Virus record (IMG/VR): IMGVR_UViG_3300031963_000068
Location: 20,231 to 84,230 of that record
DNA: 64,000 nucleotides
Origin: a virus
Taxonomy: Duplodnaviria; Caudoviricetes
Reading direction: 5' to 3' (one strand)
Part shown: piece after piece, positions 47,961-57,663 of the stretch
Layout of the letters: each line of letters begins with the position of its first letter
How positions within the stretch are numbered: the first letter of the stretch is position 1
The notes under the pieces: model-generated
The model's input: only the letters and a program-made list of their open reading frames with translations
Database searches by the model: none
What the model was told of the DNA's origin: nothing
Translations under genes and position numbers: made by a program

Positions 47961-50006
47961 ATGCCAGAAGGTTACACTTTACCAGATTCACCAGGCGGCC
48001 AGGAGACTGGACCAAAGCCAAATAGCGATAAGAGTTTTCTTAATTCTGTTGGTAATACGATATCAAACTTGAAAAATAAATTCACAGGAGTTGGTCTTGA
48101 TGTATCAGGCGTAGCGCTAAATGTAACAGGTGATCCTTGGCCACAAACTCAAACAGTTTCAGACTTTAAAAACTCAGAGGTCCTTAGAGAACTCTATCCA
48201 GGTTGGAAAAGTAAAGGTTTCTTACCTCCAGTTCTTTGTGTGCCAAGATCAAAAGAATTAAAATCAGAAAGTGATAAAAGAAAAACAAAATTAGTTGTCA
48301 AGAAAAAAGACGGATATATTTATCAAGACTGGAGAGGCCAAATTATTGAAAAGAAAACGGGGTTTCCCAACGCTGCTCAAAATTTTAAAAGCAGAGACAC
48401 TTCAGAGAGATTTAATTTGAGCTTAGCAGGTGACTTACCAAGAAAAAACAATCAAAACCTGATAGATAATCCGTATTCAACAAGAGATTTACTTTCAATA
48501 TTTGGTGACTACTCTACCGATTATTTCAAACACGGCTTACAAATAGTAGACGGAATTGGCACATTACCACCATCTATGGAAGATTTTTATAAAGCAGGCC
48601 AAAGTGCAGATTATAGAAAAACAAACTTCAAATATACACCATTTGAAAATTCAGATCCAGTAATTTTTGGATTTGAAATTATTTTTGATGATGTAAGTTC
48701 ACCACTATTAAATGGCTCTGTATTAGATTTTCTAAATCTGATAGGAAATGTTTCAGAAATAAACGCAAGAAAAAGAGTTTATGAAGAATTTAAATACCAT
48801 TTTACCAAATTTTTTAAGACAAAAGCAACTGTAAGGTACGATGAAAGTCAACTTTCTATAACTAAAACACGTAATTTTGGTTTTCCTGATACAGAAAAAA
48901 ATCAAAAAATTTCCGAAGCTGGAAAAAAAGCATACAAAAGTTATTATGTTCAGAAAATAGCTGGTTTAGCAAAATTAATTGAAAATAATACTCCTGTTGA
49001 TAAAAATTACATCGTTGATTACAATAAAGACATTATAACTTTAGACTTTCATGAAAGTGTGTCTCTTAGTGTGGGTACATTAGCACATCTTTATAAATTA
49101 TTATATTGGTCTAAACCAAATGGTAAAGGCATGGTTCCTGAAAATTTATTGAGATTTAATTGTGATATCATAATTTCAGAAATGAGAAACTTTGCCAGAA
49201 TAAGAAAATCGGGAAATAATTTAGAAGTAATAAAAGATAACTTATCTAGATACATTTACTCTCTTAGAGAGTGTCAATTTTATTTTGATAAAATGCCACA
49301 CGAAGACGCACTTGATTTATCACAACCAAAAAACTTTGAGCACGTACAAGTTCAATTCGATTATAAATATTCTACTATGAAATTTGAAAGATTTGTACCA
49401 GATGGTGACACAGGCCAGGGTAAATATGTAGGATATGACATGGGTGCTTTATGGAAAGTTGGTAACCCAGGTGAAAGAGATAATAGAAAACTAGAAAATG
49501 GTGGAAGTGTTAATGATAGCTCTATACCTAAATTTTATACGGAAAAACAAAATAGATATAATCAAAATGGTGTAACAGAACCTATAGTTTTATCAATACC
49601 AAGTGGTAGAGTCACTGGTGAAAAAGTAGAGTCAACGCCAACAGATGATAAAATTAACGAACAAGAGGATAAAAAAGAGACTACTGAAGAAGAAAACTCA
49701 ACTGGCTTTCAAAAGTTTAAAGAGACTTCAAAAAAATTAGCAAAAGAAGGAGCAGACAGAGCACTAGATGCTGGAAAAGCAGCTTTGAAATCAGAATTGG
49801 GTAGAATAAAAGGAAAAGTAAGAAGATCTCTTAGAGGGTTGCTTAATAAAGTCACAGGTATCAATGGAATAAGCCCACCAAGAAACGTTTATACTGGTTC
49901 AATAACTGGTAATCCAACAGCAAATAGAGTCTTCTATGATATCAGAGGAGAATTATTAAGCTTTGCTGGTGATGCATTAGGAGATTTAATAAAAGGTCAA
50001 AAGTAA
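47961..50006 (+). CDS. Baseplate/tail-tube-like structural protein (putative)
   Basis: DPVIFGFEIIFD...ITLDFHES...PENLLRFNCDIIISEMR...YSLRECQF...VQFDY tube-fold-like pattern; context. Confidence 0.45.
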   Translation: MPEGYTLPDSPGGQETGPKPNSDKSFLNSVGNTISNLKNKFTGVGLDVSGVALNVTGDPWPQTQTVSDFKNSEVLRELYPGWKSKGFLPPVLCVPRSKELKSESDKRKTKLVVKKKDGYIYQDWRGQIIEKKTGFPNAAQNFKSRDTSERFNLSLAGDLPRKNNQNLIDNPYSTRDLLSIFGDYSTDYFKHGLQIVDGIGTLPPSMEDFYKAGQSADYRKTNFKYTPFENSDPVIFGFEIIFDDVSSPLLNGSVLDFLNLIGNVSEINARKRVYEEFKYHFTKFFKTKATVRYDESQLSITKTRNFGFPDTEKNQKISEAGKKAYKSYYVQKIAGLAKLIENNTPVDKNYIVDYNKDIITLDFHESVSLSVGTLAHLYKLLYWSKPNGKGMVPENLLRFNCDIIISEMRNFARIRKSGNNLEVIKDNLSRYIYSLRECQFYFDKMPHEDALDLSQPKNFEHVQVQFDYKYSTMKFERFVPDGDTGQGKYVGYDMGALWKVGNPGERDNRKLENGGSVNDSSIPKFYTEKQNRYNQNGVTEPIVLSIPSGRVTGEKVESTPTDDKINEQEDKKETTEEENSTGFQKFKETSKKLAKEGADRALDAGKAALKSELGRIKGKVRRSLRGLLNKVTGINGISPPRNVYTGSITGNPTANRVFYDIRGELLSFAGDALGDLIKGQK

Positions 50007-50009
50007 TTT

Positions 50010-51905
50010 ATGAAAGTAGATGCAAAAAAAACCTATATTGGAGTTGTTGAAGATAATAAGGATCCAAAAAAGGAAGGAAGAGTAAAAGTAAGAGTCATGA
50101 ACGTTTATGACAAAATGCCTTTAGAAGAAATTCCTTGGGCATTTCCATGGAAAGATTTAAATGGACTTCAATTTAATTTACCAGACAAAGGTAAAGTTGT
50201 AATGGTAGTTTTTGAAGATGGTGATGGAAATAAACCTGAGTATATTTATGCAGACCATTATAATATTAATTTAGAAAAAAAATTGAAATCTCTTTCAGAG
50301 TCTGATTATATTTCTATGAAATCACTTATTTTTGACCATAAAACTCAAGTTTATGTAAATGATAAAGATGGTTTAAAAATTGACCACAAATATAATAATA
50401 TCAATATAACTGAAAACACAGTAGATATTAATTTAAAAGATAACAATAGAAATATAAATATAGGTGATGCAACAGCCACACAACAAGCGGTATTAGGAAA
50501 TCACTGGATGGATTGGTTTGATGAATTTGTTGAAAATTTACTAGGTTCACAAGCAGGACCTTTTTTAGGTAATTTAGGAGCACCTGTAATTCCAAATCCA
50601 GCATTTATATCTTGTCTATTAAGATATAAAGCGCTAAGAGATACTACTTTTTTATCACATCATGTCAACATAGTCGATAATAATAAAGTAACTACAGTAG
50701 GTCTTTCAAAAAGAGAAGATGATGCAACTATAGGTGACAACTGGGAATCAACAGTACAAGAAAATACATTTACCGAAAAGAAAGAAGAAGATTTCAAACC
50801 AGTAGAAGGTCCCAAAACAGCCTATGAACAACCAACACCAACAACGGCAGGACCATCATCTTCAGTACCAACAAAAGAGTCACTTTCTTCTATCAAATCT
50901 GATCCTAAATTAGAAAAACTAGTCAAATTCCTTAGGTCAAAAAGTTACAAAGTCTATGAAGATCCAGGAACCGTAAATTTAGTAGCAATGAGAACAAAAG
51001 ATGCTGGGCAAATAACGAATAAATTTGACGACACACTTTATGTATTTTTTAGAAAAGATAATCTAAATTGGCAATTACTTGAATATGAAATAACAACAAC
51101 TCCTGGTTATGTACCAGAAACTAGTAATTTACCTGATAAAGTTCCAATAATAGCTTATGCTCAGTTTATCGACAAATTGAAACTTGATACCTATGTCAAG
51201 ACTAAACCAGAATATGTTAATGCAGAAGGAAATTTGGTTCCTTCTTCAACAGAAGAACATAAAGCATTAAGATTCACAGAAGCCGCAATCTATAGAAATG
51301 ATAAATTAGACAAATATAACTATAGAGCTAAAGTCGAAACAGGTGATTTTAATTTATGGATTAGAAGAGCATCTAGTACGGGCAGTGTAGAAAAAGTATT
51401 TAACTACTCAGAAGATGGTTCTCAGGTTTTCAAAAATACAAACCAATATAATCAATTTATTACTATAATAGAGGAACAAGCAAAAACAAATAACATTTTC
51501 AGCTATGCTATTTGTAGAAAAAGTGAATTTGATGATTTCATACCTGATTCTGAACAGAAAGAAAAAGAAAAAGAAGAAGCAAAGGCAGCAGCAAGAGGCA
51601 ATAAAGAACTTACAGGTGAAGAAGAATTAGATTTAATTTTAAGTAGAATAAATACAGCGCAAGTTCAAAAAAATTCATCTGGTGATAGACAAATAGTTTT
51701 ATTTTATAACTCTCAAAGAAATTACATTGTTTTTTATAACAATAAACGATTTGCTATATTTGACAATCCAAGTCCCGGAGGATTTGTATCAAAAGGTTCT
51801 TTCAAAAATGGTGGTAGAAAACTTGTTGTAACTGAAGGAAAAAAAGAAGGAAAAACTTTTGAAGCTGAAAATTTTTGGGAAACTTTGAAGTTGTATAAAA
51901 AATAA
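50010..51905 (+). CDS. gp5/VgrG-like baseplate spike with degenerate L,D-transpeptidase-like domain
   Basis: YIGVVEDNKDP...GRVKVRV...IPWA.P...LPDKG..V.VVFEDGD..KP (gp5 OB fold); second domain paralogous to 22357..23091. Confidence 0.8.
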   Translation: MKVDAKKTYIGVVEDNKDPKKEGRVKVRVMNVYDKMPLEEIPWAFPWKDLNGLQFNLPDKGKVVMVVFEDGDGNKPEYIYADHYNINLEKKLKSLSESDYISMKSLIFDHKTQVYVNDKDGLKIDHKYNNINITENTVDINLKDNNRNINIGDATATQQAVLGNHWMDWFDEFVENLLGSQAGPFLGNLGAPVIPNPAFISCLLRYKALRDTTFLSHHVNIVDNNKVTTVGLSKREDDATIGDNWESTVQENTFTEKKEEDFKPVEGPKTAYEQPTPTTAGPSSSVPTKESLSSIKSDPKLEKLVKFLRSKSYKVYEDPGTVNLVAMRTKDAGQITNKFDDTLYVFFRKDNLNWQLLEYEITTTPGYVPETSNLPDKVPIIAYAQFIDKLKLDTYVKTKPEYVNAEGNLVPSSTEEHKALRFTEAAIYRNDKLDKYNYRAKVETGDFNLWIRRASSTGSVEKVFNYSEDGSQVFKNTNQYNQFITIIEEQAKTNNIFSYAICRKSEFDDFIPDSEQKEKEKEEAKAAARGNKELTGEEELDLILSRINTAQVQKNSSGDRQIVLFYNSQRNYIVFYNNKRFAIFDNPSPGGFVSKGSFKNGGRKLVVTEGKKEGKTFEAENFWETLKLYKK

Positions 51906-51949
51906 ATTTTGAACTTAATATATAATAAGTAAAAAATTTATTTTTAATT

Positions 51950-52237
51950 ATGACAAATCCACAATATCAAGTTTCAATTAGCTATGAACCAGTGAGACCA
52001 CTAGGTAAATCCGGTGTTTATGCGACTTCTAGTGTAAATGGTAAAGTAATTAGCACACTAGTAAGTGAATCAATAACTTATCAAGGTGGTTATTTTGTTG
52101 CGAGCATGATAGAATTAAAAATATCAGCAACAGGCTCAGATTATTCTTCTGCTTTGAATAATTTACTTAATATCGCAACTGCTTCTTCGACTTTAAATCC
52201 TGGATATTTACCATATTCTCAAACAAGAACTTGGTAA
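51950..52237 (+). CDS. Hypothetical late protein
   Basis: 95 aa; TTAATATATAA at 51915-51925. Confidence 0.6.
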   Translation: MTNPQYQVSISYEPVRPLGKSGVYATSSVNGKVISTLVSESITYQGGYFVASMIELKISATGSDYSSALNNLLNIATASSTLNPGYLPYSQTRTW

Positions 52238-52240
52238 ATT

Positions 52241-54544
52241 TTAACCCTTTAAAGGATTTCCTAAAGCATCAGGCCATAAAAAACTTTGAGAAGTCTTTTT
52301 AGTATTTGCTTGAGACCACTTTCCTGGATAATGAGTTATGGCTTTCTTACCGGTTGCTGGATTGTTACCCGAATCATTTACCCTTATTCTACCCTGTTCA
52401 TCTATGCCTGTCATACATAAGTAGTGAGCACCATAAGATTTTTTTGTACTACCATCACCACATAAACCAGTAGTACTACCTGCATGGTTTATTGGGTAAC
52501 CTTTTTTCAATAAAAGTTCAACTTTATCATCACCTATATTTGAAAATGCTTCTATATTTAATCCAAAAGTTTCTTTAAACTTAGCCTTATTAATTCCTAA
52601 GAGTGTACCACCGGCGCCACAAACTCTACCTCCATAATCTAAAACAAACTGACCTACTATTGATGGTGTTACAAAACTTTTAGCATAACCCTTTTTAGCC
52701 CAGTAATTTATCATCATCGATAAACTACTTGGCATACATCCTGAAGAACAAATAGTAGAACCATCGGTACAAACTGTTTTATTACCTTTACCATATGCAT
52801 ATTTATTAAATCTAGGATCACACTGAGTGTGTAGAGGAACTCCATTGAAACCAGGAGGTACTTTTAATTTAGAGGCCTCCCATGGTGTATCTGGCTCAAG
52901 ACCAGTAGCCGAATATGAACCTTGTGGCACTGTCAATTGTTGGCCGCCGTTTGGTAATTGAGCAGCTATAGAGGCTTGTTCAGCTTCTATCTCAGCTCTT
53001 TCTTCAATGGTATGTATATTTTCACCTTCACCAACAAAAGCAGCTTCAGTAAATTCATCATCACCATCTTGAAGATATTGCTCGATTTCATCAGTAAATA
53101 TATTATCTGGATCAATAGCAGGTATATCACCAATATAAACTGAAAACATTGGCATATCAACTCTTGTTTTGACATCTAACAAATCTGGTAATTTTACATT
53201 AAGCTGGTACTTTTCATTATTAGCTAGTGCCTCTTGATTGACTGGATCATTCGGATCATTGGCAAATGGACTGACATATTCTAATTCGACTGTCGGATAA
53301 AAATCAGGTTCACATAAAGCCAATTTTTCATAATTTGGTGTCGATTTCTTCCAAACATCTATGATTGCAGTAATCAATGATTTATCTGAGTTAATTTTTT
53401 CTATTGCTGGACTCCAGGTCGTTGGTAATTTTACTGAGAATGCTGGATTTGAAGAACCAGATGTTCCCGATGTTACAGATATACCACTTGTTCCGGAAGT
53501 ACCAGATGTTGAAGCACTAGTACCACTAGTTCCTGATGTTGAAGCACTAGTACCACTAGTTCCTGATGTTGAAGCACTGGTGCCGCTAGTTCCTGATGTG
53601 GAAGCACTGGTGCCACTAGTTCCTGATGTTGAAGCACTGGTACCACTAGTTCCTGTAGTAGATGAACCAGATGTTCCACTTGTTCCTGTTCCAGCATCAG
53701 TAGATGAACCAGGTTTTGGTCTCCTTTCAAATTCTAATATCGTGGCATCTTTGGTAGTGAAATATTCCTCTTTCTGACTTTTTGGGTCTTTGTATTTGAC
53801 CAATACATATTTTTTTATCAATGTTTCAGGATACACTTCTATTTTTGAAGTATCAGGATTCAACCAATGAGCAGAGCCAATAGTTTTATCTGATGTTTCA
53901 ATTTCAATACCTCCATTGGTAGACCAAATTTCACCACCCAACCAATTTCCTTTTTCAGGTGAATTTCCGTCAATATTTTTATAAATAGGTTCTTTTGTTT
54001 TACTATCATATCCAGATAACCACAAATTGGCTTCTTTACCATTTATAATCCATGCTATATTTATTTCAGCACCATTATTCAAATAGTATTTATCAAAACC
54101 AAAATTTCTCACTTTTGCTGGAGTATCCTGCCACGGATCTTGTACTATCTTGTAATAATTTTCAGGTGTAGCTCTAACATCTATACCTTTAGTGGCTGAT
54201 AATTTTTTTTGTGCAGCAGTAGTCATCATTTCGCTAATTAAACTATCTTCAGTAATTGGCTTATCCGCCTTAGTAGTCTTTTTAAAATTAAGAGTGCCTT
54301 TTGGATCCCCGACTGGTAAAAAATCTACCGAATATTCAGTTTTATCATCATTAACCGAGACAACTATTTTTGCATCACTTAATGCACCTTTCATATTACT
54401 TGGTGCTAAATCAGAAACTCCAGATGTACCTGAAGTACCAGAGGTTGAAGTATTGGAAACACTTGTATTTGGTGTCACTTCTCCTAATCTTTCATCAACA
54501 CTAGCAAATCTTGGTCTAACTCTGACCTCTTTTAATACCGCCAT
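52241..54544 (-). CDS. Baseplate-associated protein with C-terminal C39-like cysteine peptidase
   Basis: VPLHTQCDPR...TICSSGCMPSSLSM...HYLCMTG...VNDS; internal GTSGTSASTS repeats. Confidence 0.75.
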   Translation of the reverse strand: MAVLKEVRVRPRFASVDERLGEVTPNTSVSNTSTSGTSGTSGVSDLAPSNMKGALSDAKIVVSVNDDKTEYSVDFLPVGDPKGTLNFKKTTKADKPITEDSLISEMMTTAAQKKLSATKGIDVRATPENYYKIVQDPWQDTPAKVRNFGFDKYYLNNGAEINIAWIINGKEANLWLSGYDSKTKEPIYKNIDGNSPEKGNWLGGEIWSTNGGIEIETSDKTIGSAHWLNPDTSKIEVYPETLIKKYVLVKYKDPKSQKEEYFTTKDATILEFERRPKPGSSTDAGTGTSGTSGSSTTGTSGTSASTSGTSGTSASTSGTSGTSASTSGTSGTSASTSGTSGTSASTSGTSGTSGISVTSGTSGSSNPAFSVKLPTTWSPAIEKINSDKSLITAIIDVWKKSTPNYEKLALCEPDFYPTVELEYVSPFANDPNDPVNQEALANNEKYQLNVKLPDLLDVKTRVDMPMFSVYIGDIPAIDPDNIFTDEIEQYLQDGDDEFTEAAFVGEGENIHTIEERAEIEAEQASIAAQLPNGGQQLTVPQGSYSATGLEPDTPWEASKLKVPPGFNGVPLHTQCDPRFNKYAYGKGNKTVCTDGSTICSSGCMPSSLSMMINYWAKKGYAKSFVTPSIVGQFVLDYGGRVCGAGGTLLGINKAKFKETFGLNIEAFSNIGDDKVELLLKKGYPINHAGSTTGLCGDGSTKKSYGAHYLCMTGIDEQGRIRVNDSGNNPATGKKAITHYPGKWSQANTKKTSQSFLWPDALGNPLKG
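53501..53654. repeat. Coding tandem repeat, 30-nt unit x5 (GTSGTSASTS)
   Basis: tcctgatgttgaagcactrgtrccactagt with synonymous variation. Confidence 0.9.
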
Positions 54545-54565
54545 AATTTATATTTATAAAAAAAA

Positions 54566-55069
54566 CTATACTCCACCCACATAAAACTTACCATCTTTTA
54601 CAACGACAGGATCCTTAGGAGTTTTAGCCACTGTAGGTGGGATTGAATAATTATTTTGTAAAAATTTCTTTCTTTGAGGATCAACTTTTCTTGATGTATT
54701 AGGTTTTGATAATTTTTGAGTTAAATTATTATTATTAGTTACAAAAGGATCCTCATTAATTCTGAAGTTATCAAGTGCGTCTAATGCAGGATACTTTAAA
54801 ATATCACCTTCCATAATATTAAGTGGATTGTCTATATTATTAATGCACAAAATTATATCAACTTGTTCTAAATAGTACTCAACCTCAAAAGCTTCCATAT
54901 CATACATTGATTTAAAAATTAAATCAATTCTCATGTCCTCGCCTTTCTTAACGACATACTCATTAAAAGGAAAGTCGGTTCTGGCAACCCAGTATGGCTC
55001 AAAAAGGTTATATAGACCACCTTGCGAACCGTCTGTTTTTACTGACTCAAATAAAACTTTTACATTCAT
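54566..55069 (-). CDS. Baseplate wedge protein, gp53/LysM-like
   Basis: YVVKKGEDMRIDLI...Y...IILCINNIDNPLNIMEGDILKYP. Confidence 0.7.
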   Translation of the reverse strand: MNVKVLFESVKTDGSQGGLYNLFEPYWVARTDFPFNEYVVKKGEDMRIDLIFKSMYDMEAFEVEYYLEQVDIILCINNIDNPLNIMEGDILKYPALDALDNFRINEDPFVTNNNNLTQKLSKPNTSRKVDPQRKKFLQNNYSIPPTVAKTPKDPVVVKDGKFYVGGV

Positions 55070-55084
55070 TTTATATTATTATTT

Positions 55085-57148
55085 TTAACTAGGTGGAGTG
55101 AAAACTGTTTGATTTGTGAATGATGTTAAAACTGAAGCATTACCTTGTCCTAAATTTACCTCATCACCAGTTTTGGCAACAACAGCTGGATTAACATTAC
55201 CACCACTTGGTGCTCCTGATTTATCCTCTGTCTTTGCACCTTCTTTTTGAGTATTTTGAGCCTGTGATGCCAATTCAGCCACCTTCTTATCATATGCGGC
55301 CTTAGCGGTTGTATATTCAGTACTAGTCTCGCCTTTTTCAGCCTTAATCTTATCCAATTCTTCTTTTTCTTTTTTCAATTGATCAGTAGCAGCATTTGTT
55401 TGAGTTGTCGCATCTTGTGTGGTTGATGGGCTACCACCAGATAAACCTGGAGAAGGCGGAGGCGTGAGTGGTAAATTAAGTTGTTGACCAGACGCGTCAA
55501 ATATAGGATCAAAATATTGACCTTTATCAGAACCAGTATCATTACTCTCAATATAATCTTTTTTGATATTGACAACTCTTAAATTACCAGTGTTAAATTT
55601 TGCTAATATTTCTTGTAGACCTTGAGGTCTCGCGTTTGTTAAAGTAAACTCCGCCTTTATACTAGCGGGCAAGTCGTTAAAAGCAAGATGGGGACCAAAT
55701 GTCAAAGTAATATCACCAGCTAACATATCACCGCAACAGAAAAATGGTCTCATAGGATTACCTAATGTCAAATGCCAGGGTGTAGAAGGCGCACCTGATA
55801 AAGCATTAGCGATACCTAATATTTCAACTTTATATTTAGTAATATATTGTTTAAATAAATTACTTAATTTACTTAATAATCCACTTATAAAACTTTTAGC
55901 TTTATCAACTAAATCTTGATTTTTTGCCAAAGCATCAGCCTCTGCTTGTGAAGGATCTACTGGCTCAGCTGGTGTTGATGAAGGTACTGCATCATTTAAA
56001 AGTTTTAGAGCTTTATCAGCAGCCTTTTGTAACTCTCCTGTAATTTTTGATATACCAGCCTGTATACCAGTTAAAATATCATTTACTAAACTACCAGGAT
56101 CATTCATCCACTTTCTTAATTTAGCAGTAAATGCACTTGATAATCCATAGTTATCACTACGAGAAGTACCAAAAATTACAATATTATTAACTATATCCAT
56201 AAATGCTATTGTAGGATCTATACCAGAAATAAATTTTTGTTCGTATTCGACTTCCATTTTTACCGAAATAGCACATTTTAAACCGGATGCATTTTCACCA
56301 TATCCAATAGTTTTTCTTCTTTTTGCTTGTTTTATGATATTGGGATTACCCGATGGTAATGGACCAGAAATTGAACTACCACTCAAAACACCCATTGAAA
56401 CTAAAACCTGTCTTTGTAAAACTTCTGTAAAACCAGGAAGAGGTATTATGTTAAATGCTTTACCGGCAGCATCGCCTAAATTATTTAACCCAAAATCTTG
56501 ACCCATTTTATTCAGTACCGCTGTAAAATCAGCATCTGCTTCAATCCATTCCTCACCAAATGTAAAACTTAAAAAATCTTGATCTTCCGGCTTCCAACCG
56601 ATTAATACGGCTTTTGGAACACCAGCAGACTTTCCAAAAATATTATCACCAACTGGACCACCAAATCTACGACATATCATCAATCTATTGTTTGGGTAAA
56701 CACCAAGATGTTTTAAATATGCAAAATCACCCGGACGGAGTGCAGCACTAGGTGACTTACTTAAATTTTCTATGATATTAAGTAAACTCATATCATACAT
56801 CCTATCATTATGAATTTTTGATGGAAGTGTTCTATAAGTATCAGAAGCTGGATTAGTAAATTGAGAAGATGCTGATAAACCTAACTCATCAACTTCACCT
56901 TCATTTAAAGGATCTGGATTTGCATAAAATCTTGGTATAGAACCACCAGTAAATAAAGATCTAGGTGCCTGAACGTTTTTACCGCCTTGAACAACACCAG
57001 TATCTTGTGGTCTACTTCTGTTATAAGAAATAACATTTACGTTTCTTGATTTGCCAGCGTTAAAGGTTGACATATTATCTCTAGTAGGTCGAGATAAAAT
57101 ATTTATTAAACCCAAAGGAGAACCACCAAGTTTATAAGTATTTGCCAT
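55085..57148 (-). CDS. Baseplate/tail-tube cap-like structural protein (putative)
   Basis: YPNNRLMICRRF; PWHLTLGNPMRP...GDM...ITLTFG..LAFNDLP..IKAEFTL.NARP; context. Confidence 0.5.
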   Translation of the reverse strand: MANTYKLGGSPLGLINILSRPTRDNMSTFNAGKSRNVNVISYNRSRPQDTGVVQGGKNVQAPRSLFTGGSIPRFYANPDPLNEGEVDELGLSASSQFTNPASDTYRTLPSKIHNDRMYDMSLLNIIENLSKSPSAALRPGDFAYLKHLGVYPNNRLMICRRFGGPVGDNIFGKSAGVPKAVLIGWKPEDQDFLSFTFGEEWIEADADFTAVLNKMGQDFGLNNLGDAAGKAFNIIPLPGFTEVLQRQVLVSMGVLSGSSISGPLPSGNPNIIKQAKRRKTIGYGENASGLKCAISVKMEVEYEQKFISGIDPTIAFMDIVNNIVIFGTSRSDNYGLSSAFTAKLRKWMNDPGSLVNDILTGIQAGISKITGELQKAADKALKLLNDAVPSSTPAEPVDPSQAEADALAKNQDLVDKAKSFISGLLSKLSNLFKQYITKYKVEILGIANALSGAPSTPWHLTLGNPMRPFFCCGDMLAGDITLTFGPHLAFNDLPASIKAEFTLTNARPQGLQEILAKFNTGNLRVVNIKKDYIESNDTGSDKGQYFDPIFDASGQQLNLPLTPPPSPGLSGGSPSTTQDATTQTNAATDQLKKEKEELDKIKAEKGETSTEYTTAKAAYDKKVAELASQAQNTQKEGAKTEDKSGAPSGGNVNPAVVAKTGDEVNLGQGNASVLTSFTNQTVFTPPS

Positions 57149-57182
57149 TTGTCGAGATAATTAATTTCTTTTATATATTAAA

Positions 57183-57572
57183 TTAATAGTCCCTGATGAT
57201 TTGTGAATTTGAAAATTTTGATAAATTAGATAAGACATCGTCCATAATATCAGGACTTTTTCTAAACTCATTATAGAATATTAAAACATTGAAATTATTT
57301 TCACCAAGTATCTTTTTAAGATTAAGTAGTTTTTCTATTGAAAAATCATTATCAAAATCTGGTAAATAATAAATATCTTTCTTTTTGTCTATTGCTTGTT
57401 GTATTTTATTAAACACAATTATTTTTAAATAAGTTTTATCATCATTAAAATCTACCTCCTCTTCGTCAAGAATTTTCTTTATATCTATAATATATTTATT
57501 CTTTATTCGATTTATTTTAATAAACTTATCAAATTTCTTCCTTGTTTTGCAATAGACGCAGAAAAACTCCAT
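57183..57572 (-). CDS. Hypothetical protein
   Basis: 129 aa alpha/beta ORF; GATATATA 23 nt upstream. Confidence 0.55.
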   Translation of the reverse strand: MEFFCVYCKTRKKFDKFIKINRIKNKYIIDIKKILDEEEVDFNDDKTYLKIIVFNKIQQAIDKKKDIYYLPDFDNDFSIEKLLNLKKILGENNFNVLIFYNEFRKSPDIMDDVLSNLSKFSNSQIIRDY

Positions 57573-57663
57573 TCATTTTCTTTATTTTATAAATCTATAT
57601 ATCCAATTAATAAGCTCCTTATAAAAAATTATTTTCAGAGAAAATATTTAATATATAGAAGGT

